The notes under the pieces were generated by a model that did not search any database, was not told the DNA's origin, and worked only from the letters and a program-made list of their open reading frames with translations. From an uncultured delta proteobacterium (GTDB taxonomy: Bacteria; Desulfobacterota; Binatia; UBA9968): DNA of 64,000 nucleotides. Location of the stretch: contig CAVXEP010000027.1 in assembly GCA_963760795.1 (NCBI GenBank), positions 13,162-77,161 on the forward strand. Reading direction: 5' to 3'. This document shows, in pieces, positions 60,115 through 64,000 of this stretch (the stretch's first letter is position 1; each line of letters starts with the position of its first letter). The position numbers and the translations under genes were made by a program.

Positions 60115-61227
60115 ATGATTAGCAGTCAGATCTCCGACATGATGGTCGGAGTCAAAAATATGATCGAGGCGGCGGATATCCGGACCGGCGACCAAGTATT
60201 GCTCTTGGCAGACCGTCGCAGCGACCCCATGAGTATCGAAGCTCTCACTGCCGGGCTCAAGATGCACGGTGCCATCCCGATGTCGTTGATTACCGAGCCG
60301 ATTGCGCGCTACGGCCATGTTCCCGATGCGGTGCTACAAGCCATGCATGCTTCGGACGTCGCCATCTGGGTTTGGCCGGTTTTTATTACCTTTACCCCAG
60401 ATCATCGAGCGATGGGACGCCAGCGCGAGGAAAGCGGCACCCAGCTGAAGGAGCGTCGGCTAAAACCGTACTTCGTTTACTTCGAAGGAACTCCCGGTCT
60501 ATTGGCGCGCGATTATGCGAAATTTCCCAACCAGGTTATGTGGAAGTTGGCTGAGAAAGTAAGCGAGGTCGTTGCCTCCGGGCGGGTGGTTAGAGTCGAA
60601 GACGATCTGGGTTCTAAGTTGACCGCTACCTACGACGGTAAACGCCTTTATGGCATGCAGTTTCGCGCCGGTGATCCACCGGGGCGTTGCCATTTTCCCT
60701 GGGGTCGTTGCGGTGTTTTCAACGGCGACGGAAACGCCGATGGAGAAATCTATTTAAGTTGCGTCCAAGGTGTCGCCGGCATGCTCTCCGAGCCAATGCA
60801 CTGGAAGGTCAAGGACAGCTGGGTGGTGGAAGTTGACGGTGGCGGCGAGGTCGGAGAGGAATGCCGAAGACTCTTTGAACAGGTTCCGGGTTCAAATCGT
60901 TTGATCGAAATCATGTTTGGCTATCACCCGAAGGCTTCGATCGCCCACGGGATCGAGGATCCGATGCACTGGGAGCTCATCAGCAAGATGCCTTGGGCCG
61001 GTCTGGGTACCGAACGGAAACACCCGAACTTTCGCCATATGGACGGCTCGGTAATGAACGCGCGCCTATACATCGATGATCGGCTCATTGTTGACAAGTA
61101 TGGGATGCTCGATCGCTCACTGCTGCACCATCCTGAGGTGCTGGATGTGGCTAGCCAATTCGGTGACCCCTATCAGGTGCTTGCGCCGGTATCACACGAA
61201 GCCCACGGGGCGAACACGTTATGGTAG
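60115..61227 (+). CDS. M29 aminopeptidase/NicX-fold metalloprotein of unknown function
   Basis: RBS aaggag before ATG 60115; IRTGDQVLLLAD, VVEVDGG, EIMFGYHP and HMDG..LYIDD pattern. Confidence 0.6.
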   Translation: MISSQISDMMVGVKNMIEAADIRTGDQVLLLADRRSDPMSIEALTAGLKMHGAIPMSLITEPIARYGHVPDAVLQAMHASDVAIWVWPVFITFTPDHRAMGRQREESGTQLKERRLKPYFVYFEGTPGLLARDYAKFPNQVMWKLAEKVSEVVASGRVVRVEDDLGSKLTATYDGKRLYGMQFRAGDPPGRCHFPWGRCGVFNGDGNADGEIYLSCVQGVAGMLSEPMHWKVKDSWVVEVDGGGEVGEECRRLFEQVPGSNRLIEIMFGYHPKASIAHGIEDPMHWELISKMPWAGLGTERKHPNFRHMDGSVMNARLYIDDRLIVDKYGMLDRSLLHHPEVLDVASQFGDPYQVLAPVSHEAHGANTLW

Positions 61228-61518
61228 GACAATGCTGTCATGCTTAGCGGTTTGAAAAAATGCTTGAGTGAACCGTAACACCAGCATTGCCCGAGACCCC
61301 GGTTAGAATGTGCTCCAGCAAAGAGCTTTCGCACCGGGATCTTGCCGGATGGCAGGCGATATTTCTTTGCAGCAATTATCACTCGTTGCAGCGGCCCTGC
61401 TTCGATCGTGTCTGAGATTCTTGCCAGTTGCAGAACCGAACGGCTGGAAGTCGCTTCGACTATAATCGCCAGAGCGTGGCGCTGCAGGAACTAAAAATCG
61501 AGAAATAAGGAATAACCC

Positions 61519-62505
61519 ATGTTTAAAATTCGCACCAGCGTCATCCTCCGAGTTGCTGCGGCATGGTTAATTTTTACCTGGATTGGCTCCGCCCGTGCCG
61601 AAGAAGTCAGCGTTTCTTACGCTGCTTATACTGCCTCCTATATGGACCATTTGGTTGCTTTGGAACGGGGCTACTTCGCCGACGAAGGATTGACGCTAAA
61701 AAGGATTAGGATGGGCGGCGGCACTGCAACGCAAACTCTGGTAGCCAACAAATTGGACTTTAGCTCCTCCGGCAGCTCGGCCATAAGCGCCGGGATTCGT
61801 GGCGGCCCGGTCAAAATCGTCTATACCAACCTTTCACGGCCCGCGTATAAACTGGTGACGAACAAACCCGAAATCCGCACAGTGCAAGACCTGATCGGTA
61901 GAAAAATTGCAATTAACACTCATGGTGATACCGGTCACCTAGCGACGCTTTTGCTGCTCAAGAAATATCAAATCAACCCTAAGTCAGTGTTGTTCATCGC
62001 TGTGCGCAGCGATGAAGCAAAGTTTCCCGCGTTTATCACGGGTGCAGTAGACGCCGCGCCACTGACTACCGGGGAAGTTAGCAAGATAGGCGCAGATAAA
62101 GGGCGCATTTTTGCTGATTTGGGCAAAGAGATACAGCTGGTGTACACCGGTGTAGCGGTTTCCGACCGTATTCTGGCGGAAAGACCGATGACCGTGGAAC
62201 GATTTATGCGCGGACTGGCGAAAGGGCGCGAATTTGGCAGGCGTTTCAAAGAACCGACCATTGCCATTATCGCTAAACATAATCCGCTGCCGGTGGAAGC
62301 TTTGTCGCTCGATTATGATGTCGCTCTGGGAAGCATGACCGAGGAGGGATGGATTGGCGATGAAACGCTTAAAGAAGAAGTAAAAACTCGCGCCGAGTTA
62401 GTCAAAGCCACCAAAGTGCCGGATGTGGGAACTATTTTTGACTACGCCGTCATCAGAAAGGCATACGCAGACCTAAAGAAAGAGGGATGGAAGCCGCAGC
62501 GGTGA
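61519..62505 (+). CDS. ABC transporter substrate-binding protein, NMT1/TauA family
   Basis: Signal peptide; ERGYFADEGL, DLIGRKIAI and GAVDAA. Confidence 0.85.
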   Translation: MFKIRTSVILRVAAAWLIFTWIGSARAEEVSVSYAAYTASYMDHLVALERGYFADEGLTLKRIRMGGGTATQTLVANKLDFSSSGSSAISAGIRGGPVKIVYTNLSRPAYKLVTNKPEIRTVQDLIGRKIAINTHGDTGHLATLLLLKKYQINPKSVLFIAVRSDEAKFPAFITGAVDAAPLTTGEVSKIGADKGRIFADLGKEIQLVYTGVAVSDRILAERPMTVERFMRGLAKGREFGRRFKEPTIAIIAKHNPLPVEALSLDYDVALGSMTEEGWIGDETLKEEVKTRAELVKATKVPDVGTIFDYAVIRKAYADLKKEGWKPQR

Positions 62506-62749
62506 CCCCATAAGCAATTCCGCCCAATGCCGGTCGCGTAACCAGCGTGCTTTTTGAATACGGTTCAGTTGTCACCGTCAATCAACTCCCCGACGCTCAG
62601 AGCGGGCGCCAAGCATGGCAATGTCGGGAGCATTCTCGGCGTCCGTCGGTTTCGCAAGGATCGGCCCTTTGAAGCCGAGTTCACCGTTGGCAAATAGGCG
62701 GCAGCTCTCCGAATCTTGAACAGGCAAGTCCCGATCTTCCCACTCGGAT

Positions 62750-62928
62750 CTTGAACGCTTGAACCTTGAACGAGGCCAAGTGATAACGTGAACGGCGCGA
62801 AGCGGTTGAACGGCTGGAACGATTGGAACGATACTAAATGTTTTGAACCCTTGAACGCTTAATCTTAATGGTTAACGTCTGCGACGCGAAGCGGTCGTTG
62901 AACGTTTGAACCCTTGAACTTTGAACGA
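62750..62928. repeat. Cluster of TTGAAC-based 7-9-mer tandem repeats
   Basis: cttgaacgcttgaaccttgaac; ttgaacggctggaacgattggaac; ttgaacgtttgaacccttgaactttgaac; cgcgaagcgg occurs twice. Confidence 0.7.
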
Positions 62929-63124
62929 GCCCGCGTCCCCCGGGGGGGAAATTTTAATTCCGGGATGATTTGCGTGAACCGATCCGCCTCCGACGCCGTC
63001 TAATAGCATGCGAGCGCGTCGGCAGGAGAGTATTTTCACGTTAACAGAATCCAGCGCGAGTCCGCGCGCTGAACTAAAAGCTGCGAAGTTGCCATTTATT
63101 TTGTCCAGACCAAGAAAGAGACTC

Positions 63125-64000
63125 ATGAACGACCAGCCAACCATCGAGGTATCCGCTCAGCCCAGTCGAGTCCAGCTGCCATTTCTGTTGGCGCTCTTCG
63201 CGCTCTTCGCCGGTGGCTGCAACTCTATATTCGAACCGATCGAGCAGCGCTTTCTCTTCCGCCCGCGAACCGCCGACCCGGCCTATCTCAGCGCGATCGC
63301 GTCGCCTGACGGCGGTTTGGAGGAAGTGCGCCTCAAAGCCTTCGACGGCGTTGCGCTGCACGGCTGGCTCAAGCGTCCCAAGATCAGTCCGGTGAGCGGC
63401 CGGTTTCCGCTGGTGATCGTCTTCGGCGGCGTGCGCCGGGAGACGTCCTGGCTGATCGATCAAGGCGAGAAACCGGAACATTGGGGTTGGCTGTTTATCA
63501 ATTATCGCGGCTTCGGTCTTTCCGAAGGCGAATCGTCCGAGCGGGTGTTGCTCGAAGACACGAAATTTGTTTTCGACTATGCCGCGGCGCGGCCCGACGT
63601 CGAGTCATCGAACATCGTCGTGTTCGGCAGGAGCCTGGGCAGCTATTTTTCCGTGGCTTTGGCGAAAGAGCGCAAGGTTCGCGGCGCGATCCTGGCGACG
63701 CCTTTCGACAGCTTTAGCGCCCTCGGTCAGGAACGATATCCCTGGCTGCCGGTGAGCTTCCTGCTCAACGGGCGCTATGACGCAGCGACGATCGCGCCGA
63801 AGGTCAATGTCCCCGCGCTCTTCGTGCTCGCCGAGAACGACGACGTGACCCCGATGGAGAACGGCGCGGCGCTGGCGCGCGCCTGGGCGGACCGCAGCGC
63901 ACTGTGACTTTGACCGGCGCGCGCCATTACGGCATCGAGCGGCGCCAGGAGTTTTGGAGCGCGGTGGCGGCATTTCTCCGGGAAATAGAATCCACTCCTG
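63125..64000 (+). CDS. Alpha/beta hydrolase (ABHD/FrsA-like), frameshift near 63886, runs off window end
   Basis: NYRGFG.SEG, GRSLG nucleophile and ENDDV; catalytic His (GARH) lies in the shifted frame. Confidence 0.8.

Noticed and set aside
37481-62928. Short repeat clusters as CRISPR arrays
   Set aside because: Units are 7-9 bp, contiguous and inverted, with no 23-47-bp repeats separated by unique spacers and no cas genes.
56388-63000. Integrative element or prophage at tmRNA
   Set aside because: No integrase or phage genes and no convincing duplicated ssrA 3' end; only an 8-bp ccgcctcc match near 62984.

Overview
A GC-rich bacterial core-genome window. Gene content and repeat types suggest a deltaproteobacterial or Candidatus Binatota-like organism, which is an inference. 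In order it contains: ABC solute-binding/permease genes, GT87, APC, YihY, AsmA, livHMGF, rhomboid, DMT, an FAD oxidase and an M48 peptidase; a frameshifted zinc-ribbon gene, a damaged RNase HI gene and RNase P RNA (rnpB); a full dcw cluster (mraZ-STAS-rsmH-ftsL-ftsI-murEF-mraY-murD-ftsW-murGCB-ftsQAZ) with ddl displaced to the opposite strand; livK, HtrA/HxlR-acpS, mtnA-gshA, nagZ, a deoxynucleoside kinase, a pan-motif-like leader with panBC, smpB and tmRNA; then a catabolic-looking block (LLM monooxygenase, two-domain VOC protein, M29/NicX-fold protein, solute-binding protein). The most notable observations are a STAS protein with a non-canonical phosphoacceptor inside the dcw operon, a family of ORF-less 7/8-mer tandem-repeat hairpin elements inside core operons, a nested MITE with a clean 4-bp target-site duplication, a secreted protein with a CHHH variant of the C2H2 zinc finger, a second C-terminal-peptide-like motif in FtsZ, and an unexplained non-coding tract of about 750 bp. 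Several single-base frameshifts cluster at about 22.2-25.6 kb and may be sequencing errors. No CRISPR array, rRNA, intact tRNA, integrase or transposase was seen.
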